Source: Alphaproteobacteria bacterium
GTDB lineage: Bacteria > Pseudomonadota > Alphaproteobacteria > SHVV01
DNA length: 64,000 nucleotides
Assembly (NCBI GenBank): GCA_965261735.1
Contig: OZ253470.1
Coordinates: forward strand, 3,712,001-3,776,000
Reading direction: 5' to 3'
Positions 1 through 10,023 of the stretch are shown one piece after another. A model generated the notes under the pieces. That model was not told the DNA's origin, did not search any database, and worked only from the letters and a program-made list of their open reading frames with translations. Made by a program: the position numbers and the translations under genes. Each line of letters starts with the position of its first letter. Within the stretch, counting starts at the first letter, position 1.

Positions 1-2
1 CG

Positions 3-863
3 CCCGAGGCGACTACCGCGCGGGCGCTCGGCACCCGCCGCGAGGGCAATGGTATCGTCATCGATGACAGCGGCCTCGTTCTGACGATCGGCTATCTGAT
101 CCTCGAGGCGATGTCGGTCACGGTTTACGACGGCGACGGCCCACCGGTTGCGGCCGACATCATCGCCTACGACTACGATACCGGCTTCGGACTCGTGCGG
201 GCGACGCGGCCGCTGGGCGTCAGGCCCATCGAACTCGGTGATTCGTCGCAGCTCAAGGAGAGCGACCCGGTGCTTGTCGCCGGCCAGCGAGGCGCCGCCA
301 CGGCGGTTGGCGCCTACGTCGTATCGCGGCGCGAATTCGCCGGCTACTGGGAGTACCTCCTCGACAACGCCATCTTCACCTCACCGCCCCACCTCAACTG
401 GGGAGGGGCAGCCCTGATCGGCCGCGACGGCAAGCTCCTCGGCGTGGGATCGCTTCTGGTCAACAACGCGCGCGCCAAGGACGAGGTGCTTCCCGGCAAC
501 ATGTTCGTCCCTATCAACCTGCTGAAGCCGATCTTCGCCGATCTGCTGAGCGAGGGCCAGGCAACGGGCAAGGTCAAGCCGTGGCTCGGCGTCTTCGCGG
601 CCGAGCGCGGCGGGCACGTGGTGATCCTCAGTGTCCGCTCGGGCGGACCAGCGGCCGACGCCGGCATCGAAGCGGGCGATCTCGTCATCGACGTCGGCGG
701 CAAGCAAGTGGGCAGCGTGCCGGAGTTCTACCGGAGCGTCTGGGCTCGGGGCGAGGCCGGCATCGAGGTGCCGCTGAGGTTGAGGCGGGCCGGAACCGTG
801 CGGCAGATGGTCGTCACGTCCGGCGACCGCAAAGACTATTTGCGGTTCTCGCGCACCTACTAA
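3..863 (+). CDS. S1C/HtrA-like trypsin-fold protein with C-terminal PDZ domain (5' partial; catalytic residues look degenerate)
   Basis: Frame is open from window start (GNGIVIDDSGLVLTIGYLI). Contains DYDTGFGLV, NWGGAALIGRDGKLLGVG and a PDZ-like segment PWLGV...GPAADAGIEAGDLV. Confidence 0.8.
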   Translation, partial: PEATTARALGTRREGNGIVIDDSGLVLTIGYLILEAMSVTVYDGDGPPVAADIIAYDYDTGFGLVRATRPLGVRPIELGDSSQLKESDPVLVAGQRGAATAVGAYVVSRREFAGYWEYLLDNAIFTSPPHLNWGGAALIGRDGKLLGVGSLLVNNARAKDEVLPGNMFVPINLLKPIFADLLSEGQATGKVKPWLGVFAAERGGHVVILSVRSGGPAADAGIEAGDLVIDVGGKQVGSVPEFYRSVWARGEAGIEVPLRLRRAGTVRQMVVTSGDRKDYLRFSRTY

Positions 864-1071
864 AGCAAGCATCGAAGGCGCCCGCGCCCTCGTGCGCGGG
901 CGGCACGCGCGCGCCACCTAGCGGACGGCCATGAGGCCCGGTGCCGGGGCGCCGGTCCTCGCTCGCTTAATCTTAATAATCAATCTTACTCGTTAGTTTT
1001 GTTACTTCGCCACTATTGATCGTGGCCCCATGTTATTCGATCTAATCTTAAATGCGTCCTTGCCTATCCGG

Positions 1072-1100
1072 TTTACACCCACACCCACTAGGGCTAGAAT
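1072..1100 (+). promoter_or_regulatory. Predicted sigma70 promoter of the IS1595 transposase, TTTACA-N17-TAGAAT
   Basis: Near-consensus -35/-10 boxes with a 17-bp spacer, followed by a GGGGAG RBS and ATG at 1131. Present with variants in the other copies. Confidence 0.6.
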
Positions 1101-1616
1101 GGGCGCAAACCGGATATAGGGGAGCGCGCCATGGATGTTCTCGACCGCGCCGATCTCCCATTCCCGCATTCGCTACCCGAGTTCCAGCGACTTTTCCCCG
1201 ATGATGCGGCCTGCGCCGCCTACCTGGAGAAAGCCCGCTGGGGAGACGGCTTTGCCTGCCCGCACTGCGGCACGGCGGGAGAGCCGTTCCACTTTGAAAA
1301 CCGCCCTGGCGTCCTGCGCTGCCGCAAGTGCCGCCAGAACACCGGGCTGACGGTGGGAACAGTGATGGAGCGTAGCCACACTCCGCTGAACGTCTGGTTC
1401 TGGGCCGCTTATCTGGTCGCCAGTCAGACGCCCGGCATGTCCGCCGTGCAGTTTCAGCGGCAACTTGCGGAATCTCACGAAGGTAGCCACCGATTCTCAC
1501 CATGGTAGCCACCCAATCTCACCAAGGTAGCCACCCCTCGGGGGCGGCGGGTTTTGGTGCGACTCAGGGTGTCATCGTACGCCTCGGACTTTCGCGATTG
1601 GTCCGAGGGGTACGGG

Positions 1617-3146
1617 ATGGCACAGGGAAGGTTACCGATGAGAAAGGTGAAGAGGATTCTTGCGTTTCATTTCGACGAGGGCCGCAGCGCCCGCGCGATC
1701 GCCACCCACTGCGGCCCAGCGCGGCGCTCGGTGGCGCAGACCCTGGAGCGGTTCGCCGCCTCGGGGCTGAGCTGGCCGGAGGCCCGCGACCTGGACGAGG
1801 AGGTCCTGGAGGCGGCGCTCTATCGGAGGTCCCGGGCTTCGGATTGGCCGGAGGTGGACTGGGCGAAGGTCGAGAAAGACCTGTCCGGCCGCGGCATGAC
1901 GCTGATGCTGCTGTGGGAGGAATGGCGCGAGACGCATCCCGACGGGATGAGCTATCCGACCTGGTGTCGCCGTTTCCGGGAATGGCGACCGCGCCGGGAC
2001 GTGACGATGCGCCAAAATCGCCGTCCCGGAGAGCGGCTGTTCGTCGATTACGCCGGCATGACGATTGTGCTCCTGGTCGACGGGGTCGAGCACGAGGCGC
2101 AGGTGTTCGTGGCCTCGATGGGGGTCTCGGGGCGGCTCTACGCCGAGGCGACGCTGACCCAGAAGATCGAGGACTGGTGCGCTTCGCACGTGCGCTGCTT
2201 CGAGGACATGGGCTGGGCGCCGCAGCTGGTGGTGCCCGACAACCTCAAGCCGGCGGTGACGCAGCCGTCGCGCTACGAGCCGGTCCTGAACGAGACCTAC
2301 GCCGATCTGCTCGAACATTACGGCGTCCAGGGCCTGCCGGCGCGGGTCCGGCGCCCGCGCGACAAGGGACTCGTCGAGCAAGGAGTGCTACACGTTGAGC
2401 GCAGGGTCCTGGCGCCGCTGCGCAACCATGTCTTCCATGATCTGGCGTCGCTGAACCGGGCGATCGCTGCCCGGGCCCGGAAGATCAACGAGCGCCCCTA
2501 TGCCGATGGCACGGGCGAGAACCGCTACAGCCGTTTCGAGAGTGTCGATCTTCTCCACATGCGGCCCCTGCCGGACCGGCGCTGGCAGCGCACGCAGTGG
2601 CGCAAGAACACGGTGCACCGCGATTACCACATCGCCATCGACCGGCACTTCTACTCGGTGCCCTACCAGTACGTCGGCAAGGAGGTCGATGTCCGCCTGC
2701 GCGGATCGGTGATCGACGTCTTCCACCGAGGCCGGCAGATCGCCAGCCATCTCCGCAGCCAGGCCAGAGGCCGCGCCACCACGCTCAGGGAACACCAGCC
2801 GCAGGCACATCAGCGCGCCGGCGTCGAGGACACCCGCGTCCGGCTGGAGGACAAGGCCCGGGATCTCGGCCCCCATGTCCACGCCTTCGTCACGGCGGTC
2901 ATGGAGCGCAATCCCAATCCGGAGTTCGGCTTCCGCTCGTGCTACGGCGTTCTGCGGCTCGCCAACGGCCACGAGCCGGCGCGCTTCGACGCCGCCTGCC
3001 GCTACGCGCTGGAGCTCGGCACCCGAACCTATCGCGGCCTCGACAACATCCTGCGCACCGGCGCCGATCGCGCCGCCGCCGAGCAGGAACCCGTGGCCCT
3101 GCCCCTCGATCATCCAAACATTAGAGGACCGGAGTATTACAGATGA
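1617..3146 (+). CDS. istA: IS21 transposase IstA
   Basis: Motifs PGERLFVDYAG, VVPDNLK, PRDKGLVE, HFYSVP. ATG at 1617 preferred over the ORF start at 1554. Confidence 0.93.
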   Translation: MAQGRLPMRKVKRILAFHFDEGRSARAIATHCGPARRSVAQTLERFAASGLSWPEARDLDEEVLEAALYRRSRASDWPEVDWAKVEKDLSGRGMTLMLLWEEWRETHPDGMSYPTWCRRFREWRPRRDVTMRQNRRPGERLFVDYAGMTIVLLVDGVEHEAQVFVASMGVSGRLYAEATLTQKIEDWCASHVRCFEDMGWAPQLVVPDNLKPAVTQPSRYEPVLNETYADLLEHYGVQGLPARVRRPRDKGLVEQGVLHVERRVLAPLRNHVFHDLASLNRAIAARARKINERPYADGTGENRYSRFESVDLLHMRPLPDRRWQRTQWRKNTVHRDYHIAIDRHFYSVPYQYVGKEVDVRLRGSVIDVFHRGRQIASHLRSQARGRATTLREHQPQAHQRAGVEDTRVRLEDKARDLGPHVHAFVTAVMERNPNPEFGFRSCYGVLRLANGHEPARFDAACRYALELGTRTYRGLDNILRTGADRAAAEQEPVALPLDHPNIRGPEYYR

Positions 3147-3904
3147 CCGATAACGCCGTATCCCACCCCCTGGCCGCGCGCATATCCGAGCTGCGCCTGC
3201 CCGGGATGCAGGCCGCCTTCCTCGAACAGATGGCGCGCCACGACCTCAATGACATGACCTTCGAGGACCGCCTCGCGTTGCTGATCGACCGCGAGATCGC
3301 CGAGCGCCGATCCAGAGCCCTGCAGCGGCGGCTCAAGAAGGCCCAGCTCCGCCACCAGGACGCCTGCTTCGAGGACATCAACCTGAGCCGCCCCCGCGGC
3401 CTCGACCGCAGCCTCGTGCTCGGCCTCGGCGACTGCGTGTGGGTCCGCAACGGCGCCAATATCCTGATCACCGGCCCCTGCGGCACCGGCAAGTCCTGGA
3501 TCGCGTGCGCCTTCGCCCACAAGGCCTGCCTCGAAGGGTACCAGGCCCAGTACCTGCGCGTGCCGCGGCTGCTCACCGATCTGCGGATCGCCCATGGCGA
3601 GGGCACCATACCGAAGCTCTACCGCGATCTCGCCCGCATCGAGGTGCTCATCCTCGACGACTGGGGCCTAGCGCCGATCGACGGCGCGCGGGCACGCGAC
3701 CTCCTCGAGATCCTCGATGATCGCTTCGGCCGGCGCTCGGTGGTCGCCACCAGCCAACTCCCGGTCGCCGACTGGCACCGGCAGCTCAACGATCCCACCC
3801 TCGCCGATGCAATCCTCGATCGCCTCGTCCACGGCGCCACCCGGATCGAGCTGCACGGCACGTCCATGCGCACCGATGATGCCGACGCTGCTACCAAGTC
3901 ATGA
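3143..3904 (+). CDS. istB: IS21 helper ATPase IstB
   Basis: Walker A GPCGTGKS, Walker B LILDDWG, ADAILDRLVH; ATGA overlap with istA. Confidence 0.95.
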   Translation: MTDNAVSHPLAARISELRLPGMQAAFLEQMARHDLNDMTFEDRLALLIDREIAERRSRALQRRLKKAQLRHQDACFEDINLSRPRGLDRSLVLGLGDCVWVRNGANILITGPCGTGKSWIACAFAHKACLEGYQAQYLRVPRLLTDLRIAHGEGTIPKLYRDLARIEVLILDDWGLAPIDGARARDLLEILDDRFGRRSVVATSQLPVADWHRQLNDPTLADAILDRLVHGATRIELHGTSMRTDDADAATKS

Positions 3905-4610
3905 ACGCGGCAGGGGGCCCGCGCTTCGCGCGGCAGAATCGTCGCTCCGCTCCGGGACATCGGAGAAAACGGACGGCTCGTGCGACAGCATGGTGCGCGC
4001 GCGCCGCTCCGACTCGTGAGGGGTCACGCGTCGCGCGCGCACCATGCCCCACCGCCTTGCCGCAGGGCCTTCGGCGATGGTATCGCTGAACAGGAAATCG
4101 TCAAGGGGGAACTGCCGACAATAACGTGATCCCTCGCTCCGCTCGGGGGTGGCTACCATGGTGAGAATCAGTGGCTACCTTGAGTGAGAATCGCCGGCTA
4201 CGTTGGTGAGAATCCGCAGCAACTTGGTCTTTCGCGCTACGAGACGGCCTTTCAAATTCTCCACAAGCTCCGCTCGGGCATGGTGCGGCCCAACCAAGAC
4301 AGGATCGGTGGACAGCCCAAGAACCATGTTGAGGTGGACGAAACCTGGGTTGGCGGGCGAACGCGTGGGGAAGGCCGTGGTGTTCACCACAAGGTTCCCG
4401 TCTCCTGTGCCATCGAGGTGCGTCATCGAAAGCCGGGCACCAAGCTCGACAACCGGAAAGACGGACGCTATGCCGGACGCGTTCGGCTCGCCGTCGTGCT
4501 CGACCGTAGCGCCGAGTCGCTCTGTGGGTTCGTCGAGAGCACCGTCGCGCCGCGATCGCTGATCGTTACTGACGATTGGAGCGGCTATGCTGGCCTCGGT
4601 AAGCGCGGCT

Positions 4611-6004
4611 GGTTGTGTCTCGAAAGTGGTGGAAATTGGTTTTGGCGCCTCTCCGAGCGGGTTGAGTTTTGCGGCGGTCAGGCTGCGCGGTCAAGGGTTT
4701 CGTCGGCGATTAGCTGATCGAGGGTTTCCCATCCATCGACTTTGCGCATCTGGATTTGGCCGGAAGCGAGGAGTGCCCAGAGGAGCATCGGCACTGTTTC
4801 GGGACACGGCAGCACGGTCTGTGTTTTGATCCGGCGCTTGAACTCCTCGTTGAGACGCTCAATGGCGTTGGTCGTTCGGGCTGATTTCCATTGGCTCTTG
4901 GACAGGCGCGTGAAGGTAAAGAGCTTGTCGCCCGCTTCTGCGAGGCTGTCCGCGACGGCCCTGCATTTCAGCCGCCACTTGCGGACAAACGCCTTGCGGC
5001 GGGTTTCCACCTCGGAGGCAGTGTCGGCATAGATCATATCGCGGTAATCTTCGCTCAGCTCGTCATGCATGTGTTTGGGAGCATGACCCAGAAGGTTGCG
5101 GTGCTTGTGCACGGTGCAGCGTTGAACGGGAAGGTCATCGCCCCAAAGCGCCGACAGAGCCGCCTCCAGTCCCGGCGCGCCATCGACGATGACAAACCCG
5201 GGCCGTTTCAGTCCACGCGCATCAAGGTCGTCGAGGAACTGGCGCCACGCCGCCTGGCTTTCTCCGCCCATATTCCCGATCGAAAGCAAGACCTTCTGGC
5301 CATCCCGGCGCACCCCTATAGCCGCGAGAACCGAGATGTTGGTGGCCTTGCGGTCCAGTCGGGTCTTGATCACAGTGCCGTCAAGGATCAGCCGAACGAT
5401 ATCCTCATCCGCGAGGCCACGGCTGCACCAGGCGTCCCAATCGACCTTCACCTTGCGCCACGCCCGGCTCACAACGTCCTTGCTCACAGCACCCCGGAAG
5501 AGCCCGAACAGCGCGCGTTTCACCCGCCGCGTGTTGGTTCCGGACAGATACACCGAAGCGATCAGCGCCTCGGCCTTTCTGGTCAGCCGCTGGTAGCGCG
5601 GCAGCGCCCGCGAACGCCATTCCGACGCCCGACCGTCTTCCTCAACGATCCGCGCACGCGGCACGCTCACCCTCTCGGTCCCGAATGTCCCCGTCAGTTG
5701 CCGCTCCCGGTGCCCGTTCCGATACCCTTGCCGAAGCGCGTCCTCTCGACCGTATCGGCAGCGCCCGAGAAACTGCGCAAGTTCCTCCTCAAAAACGGCC
5801 TCGATCGTGGATCTGATGTTCTCCCGCAGCCGGTCCTCGAGCGGATCATAGCCGGCGTCATTGGCCAGTAGCGAAAGCGCGGAAGTCTCGGTAGTGTTCT
5901 TCATGGCGTGATCTCCTTGGCGGTGCTAGCCGCCGATTGGGTGGTTGTCTTGTCACCCGGAGATTACGCCATCCTCAAATTTCCACCACTTTCGAGACAC
6001 AGCC
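4611..6004 (-). mobile_element. IS256-family element A (1394 bp)
   Basis: About 27-bp TIR gg(t/c)tgtgtctcgaaagtggtggaaatt; 8-bp TSD gcgcggct at 4603-4610 and 6005-6012. Confidence 0.95.
4678..5904 (-). CDS. IS256 (Mutator-like) transposase, 408 aa
   Basis: Motifs GYRNG, LILDG, VIVDGAPGL, QRCTVHK, TTNAIERLNEEFKRR. Confidence 0.95.
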   Translation of the reverse strand: MKNTTETSALSLLANDAGYDPLEDRLRENIRSTIEAVFEEELAQFLGRCRYGREDALRQGYRNGHRERQLTGTFGTERVSVPRARIVEEDGRASEWRSRALPRYQRLTRKAEALIASVYLSGTNTRRVKRALFGLFRGAVSKDVVSRAWRKVKVDWDAWCSRGLADEDIVRLILDGTVIKTRLDRKATNISVLAAIGVRRDGQKVLLSIGNMGGESQAAWRQFLDDLDARGLKRPGFVIVDGAPGLEAALSALWGDDLPVQRCTVHKHRNLLGHAPKHMHDELSEDYRDMIYADTASEVETRRKAFVRKWRLKCRAVADSLAEAGDKLFTFTRLSKSQWKSARTTNAIERLNEEFKRRIKTQTVLPCPETVPMLLWALLASGQIQMRKVDGWETLDQLIADETLDRAA

Positions 6005-6898
6005 GCGCGGCTATGAGCACTTCGCTGTTGCCGAGTGTGGTGATCCAGAGGTTGCCGAGCAATACCTGCCGATCATCCATCTGGTTTTCGCCAACCTGAA
6101 GACGTGGCTGATCGGTATCCACCACGGCGTTAGCCACCAGCACCTACAAGCCTACCTCAACGAGTTCACCTTCCGCTTCAACAGGCGGTTCTACCCGTTC
6201 AACGCCTTCCGCTCATTGCTCGGCATCGCGGGCGACACCTCTGCTCCAACCTATGCCGAGCTTTACTCGGGAGAGTGGTGGCACCCTACATGTAGCGGTC
6301 ATGCCTATCGTTTCGGTCGAGATGCGGCTCACGTAACGATGGCTTGGTCCTATTCTTGACGCGGCACACAAGCGGCAACCACAGGACGAATCGGGGGGAG
6401 GGCCCGCCTCGGAGACACCAATGACAACCCCGCCCTTCAAGATTCTCGTGGCCATGGCCGAGGCAGGCGAGCGCGAGGCCATGACCAGCCTGCTCGGCAC
6501 CGCCAGCCTTCCATGCCAAATCGAGAACGTCGAGCGCAGCGATCTCGCGCTCGATGCCCTCTCGAGCAAACTCTACGACTGTGCCATCGTCGATGCCGAG
6601 CTGCCGCACAACAATGGCAACGGGATCTTCGGAGCCATAAGCAAGCAGGGCATCCACACGCCCGTCATCATGCTCGGCGATGGGGGCGTTGGCGGGCGCG
6701 ACGACATGATCAAGCAGGGCGCCGCCGACTGCCTACCCCGGGAAGGCTACTCGGCGGATCAGCTCCTCCGCAGCATGTCGTACGCGGCCAGGCTGCACCG
6801 CGCCGAATCGAGGGCGGCGGAGGCGCAACAGGTCCTCTCGCACCGGACCCTTCACGACGCACTCACTGAACTGCCCAACCGCGCGCTCTTCATCGACC

Positions 6899-8003
6899 CT
6901 TTCCTATCCGGTTAACACCCATGACCGCTACATGTAGGGTGCCGCCACTCTCCCGAGTAAAGCTCGGCATAGGTTGGAGCAGAGGTGTCGCCCGCGATGC
7001 CGAGCAATGAGCGGAAGGCGTTGAACGGGTAGAACGGCCTGTTGAAGCGGAAGGTGAACTCGTTGAGGTAGGCTTGTAGGTGCTGGTGGCTAACGCCGTG
7101 GTGGATACCGATCAGCCACGTCTTCAGGTTGGCGAAAACCAGATGGATGATCGGCAGGTATTGCTCGGCAACCTCTGGATCACCACACTCGGCAACAGCG
7201 AAGTGCTCATAGCCGCGCTTCCCGAGGCCAGCATAGCCGCTCCAATCGTCAGTAACGATCAGCGATCGCGGCGCGACGGTGCTCTCGACGAACCCACAGA
7301 GCGACTCGGCGCTACGGTCGAGCACGACGGCGAGCCGAACGCGTCCGGCATAGCGTCCGTCTTTCCGGTTGTCGAGCTTGGTGCCCGGCTTTCGATGACG
7401 CACCTCGATGGCACAGGAGACGGGAACCTTGTGGTGAACACCACGGCCTTCCCCACGCGTTCGCCCGCCAACCCAGGTTTCGTCCACCTCAACATGGTTC
7501 TTGGGCTGTCCACCGATCCTGTCTTGGTTGGGCCGCACCATGCCCGAGCGGAGCTTGTGGAGAATTTGAAAGGCCGTCTCGTAGCGCGAAAGACCAAGTT
7601 GCCGCTGAAACTGCACGGCGGACATGCCGGGCGTCTGACTGGCGACCAGATAAGCGGCCCAGAACCAGACGTTCAGCGGAGTGTGGCTACGCTCCATCAC
7701 TGTTCCCACCGTCAGCCCGGTGTTCTGGCGGCACTTGCGGCAGCGCAGGACGCCAGGGCGGTTTTCAAAGTGGAACGGCTCTCCCGCCGTGCCGCAGTGC
7801 GGGCAGGCAAAGCCGTCTCCCCAGCGGGCTTTCTCCAGGTAGGCGGCGCAGGCCGCATCATCGGGGAAAAGTCGCTGGAACTCGGGTAGCGAATGCGGGA
7901 ATGGGAGATCGGCGCGGTCGAGAACATCCATGGCGCGCTCCCCTATATCCGGGTTGCGCCCATTCTAGCCCTAGTGGGTGTGGGTGTAACCCGGATAGGC
8001 AAG
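6899..8003 (-). mobile_element. IS1595-family copy 2, complete (1105 bp)
   Basis: Both TIRs present; TSD catcgacc at 6891-6898 and 8004-8011. Confidence 0.97.
6912..7931 (-). CDS. IS1595 transposase (Zn-ribbon + ISXO2-like DDE), 339 aa, intact
   Basis: CPHCG...CRKC, VEVDET, IVTDDW, HLQAYLNEFTFRFNR. Confidence 0.95.
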   Translation of the reverse strand: MDVLDRADLPFPHSLPEFQRLFPDDAACAAYLEKARWGDGFACPHCGTAGEPFHFENRPGVLRCRKCRQNTGLTVGTVMERSHTPLNVWFWAAYLVASQTPGMSAVQFQRQLGLSRYETAFQILHKLRSGMVRPNQDRIGGQPKNHVEVDETWVGGRTRGEGRGVHHKVPVSCAIEVRHRKPGTKLDNRKDGRYAGRVRLAVVLDRSAESLCGFVESTVAPRSLIVTDDWSGYAGLGKRGYEHFAVAECGDPEVAEQYLPIIHLVFANLKTWLIGIHHGVSHQHLQAYLNEFTFRFNRPFYPFNAFRSLLGIAGDTSAPTYAELYSGEWRHPTCSGHGC

Positions 8004-9387
8004 CATCGACCGCCTCGAGCAACTGGTCGCCTTCTCGAGCCGAGAGCAACGCCCCTTCGCGCTGCTGGTCATGGGTCTCAACCGGTTTCGCGAAATCAAC
8101 ACCAATCTGGGTCACGCCACCGGCGACGAGCTGCTCAGGGAGGTCGCGCGCCGCCTCAGCACGATCAGCCGCGATTCCGACACGCTGGCGCGCCTCGGCG
8201 GCGACGAGTTTGGCCGGTTGCTGCCGACGGCCGGGACGGTCGTCGGCGCGATTACCGCCTCCCAGCGGATCGTTGATGCGCTATCGAAGCCGATTTCGAT
8301 CCTCGGCCACAATCTCGCGGTTGGCATCAGCGTTGGCATCGCAGTCTTTCCAACCCACGGCCGCGACGCCGCCACCTTGCTGCGCCACGCCGACAAGGCA
8401 ATGCACTTGGCCAAGCGCAACAGCTGCGCCCTCACCGTCTACGCCGGCGAGGACGATCCCGACGGATTACGGCATCTGTCGTTGAGCGGCGACCTCCAGT
8501 CCGCCGTGCAGCAGAACGAGATGAGCCTGCGCTTCCAGCCCAAGGTACGCATGCAGGCGGCCACGTTTAGTGGCGTCGAGGTGCTGCTGCGCTGGAAGCA
8601 CCCCTGGCACGGCATGATCTCGCCCGACGTCTTCATCCCGCTCGCCGAACAGACCGGGATCATCGAGCCCCTGACCCGTTGGGTGCTCGACCAGGCCTTG
8701 AAGCAGCAAGCGGAGTGGCGCGCCGAGGGTTTCGACGTCTCGGTTTCGGTCAATCTCTCGCCCCGCTGGAAGACGCCGGCCGGACGGCTCTCCCTCGAGA
8801 TCACCGAATCGGCGATCATGTCGGACGTAGTTCGCGCGACCGAAACCGCGCAATGGCTGAGCGCGATGGGCGTGCGCATCTCGATCGACGACTTTGGTAC
8901 CGGTTACACGTCGTTCGCCTACATCCGCAAGCTTCCGATCAGCGAGATCAAGGTTGATAAATCGTTCGTCCTCAACATGAAGAATGCGAACGACGACGAG
9001 GTCATCGTGCGCTCCATCGTGACGCTGGGGCGCAATCTCGGGGTCGATGTCGTTGCCGAGGGCGTGGAGGATCAAGAGGCTTGGGCGCTCCTCGCCGGAC
9101 TCGCCTGCACCGAGGCCCAGGGCTACTTTATCAGCCGGCCCGTCTCGGCGAACGCGCTCGGGCGCTGGATGCGAGAGTCGCGCTGGGTGGCACACGCGCC
9201 GGCCGCTACGGACTGACGCCGCGGCTCGATCGCCGCGCCCGGCGATGCCGCCCTGGCGGCGACGAGGTGCGGCCGGCAATCCACCCCCACCGGGACAAAC
9301 ACAGCCTGATCGCCGGTTGCGCTCGGCACCCGAAAGTGAAAGCATCCCTCGCTTGGCGTGCCCGCCCCTCGGAGAACCGCAAGCGCC

Positions 9388-10023
9388 ATGATCGGCAGGC
9401 TCCTCGTGCTCGGCGTCATTTTGTGCGTGGTGGCACCGCTAGCGGCGGAGTCCGCCGCGAGCTCCGAGCAGCAGGCCGCCGCGTTCATCACCCGGCTCGG
9501 CGATGAGGCGATCGGCATCCTCGGCGCCACCGATCGCAAGTTGGAGGAGCGGGAGGCGCGCTTTCGGGCTCTGTTTGGTGAGGGCTTCGACCTCGCCTTC
9601 ATCGGCCGCTTCGCGCTCGGCCGCTACTGGCGCGCCACATCGCCGGAACAGCGTGGCGACTACCAAAGGCTGTTTAAGGCGTACGTCCTGCGGATTTACT
9701 CCTCGCGGCTCGGGGGCTACGCCGGCGAGACGTTCGAGGTAACCGGCGTCAAGCGCGCCGGGGAAAAGGACTACCTCGTCAGCACGCGGATACGCCGCCC
9801 GAGCGGCTCGCCGCTCCTTGCGGACTGGCGCGTTCGAGTGATCGACGGGGCCCACCGCATCATCGACGTCATGGTTGCCGGCGTCAGCATGGTGGTGACG
9901 CAACGCTCGGAATTCTCGGCCGTTATTCAAAAGCACGGTTTCGATGGCCTGCTCGAAGCGCTGCGCGCCCGTACCGACCGGATGGTGGCAGCGACCTCGG
10001 CGCAGGCGGGGGCGCGGCCATGA
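9388..10023 (+). CDS. mlaC: MlaC/Ttg2D-family periplasmic phospholipid-binding protein
   Basis: Signal peptide; FDLAFIGRFALGRYWR, IIDVMVAGVSMVVTQRSEF. Confidence 0.85.
   Translation: MIGRLLVLGVILCVVAPLAAESAASSEQQAAAFITRLGDEAIGILGATDRKLEEREARFRALFGEGFDLAFIGRFALGRYWRATSPEQRGDYQRLFKAYVLRIYSSRLGGYAGETFEVTGVKRAGEKDYLVSTRIRRPSGSPLLADWRVRVIDGAHRIIDVMVAGVSMVVTQRSEFSAVIQKHGFDGLLEALRARTDRMVAATSAQAGARP

Larger units (their letters stand above)
1466..4218 (+). mobile_element. IS21-family element A (2753 bp)
   Basis: TG...CA ends, multiple terminal repeats (tctcaccatggtagccacc), 6-bp TSD gcaact at 1460-1465 and 4219-4224. Confidence 0.95.
1059..6303 (+). mobile_element. IS1595-family (ISSod11-like) copy 1, interrupted by an IS21 and an IS256; right TIR lost
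   Basis: Left TIR cttgcctatccggtttac at 1059. Transposase pieces at 1131-1465, 4225-4610 and 6013-6303. Identity to the other copies stops after tgtagcggtcatg. Confidence 0.9.
6421..9216 (+). pseudogene. REC-GGDEF-EAL c-di-GMP signalling protein split by IS1595 copy 2
   Basis: Receiver-like N-terminus; HDALTELPNRALFID|RLEQ, RLGGDEF, EVLLRW, LEITES, SIDDFGTGY. Removing the IS and one TSD gives an open 560-aa frame; the EAL domain also looks internally shortened. Confidence 0.9.

Noticed and set aside
961-1058. AT-rich patch with repeated aatctta as CtrA boxes or a replication origin
   Set aside because: No TTAA-N7-TTAA match; most simply an upstream regulatory region displaced by the IS stack.
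1466-1540. Tandem ~21-bp repeats (also at 4148-4218) as a CRISPR array or iterons
   Set aside because: No spacers; they are the multiple terminal repeats typical of IS21 ends.
7080-7889. Recurrent 269-aa antisense ORF in IS copies, and other long overlapping ORFs
   Set aside because: Shadow ORFs of high-GC coding sequence; recurrence only reflects copy identity.
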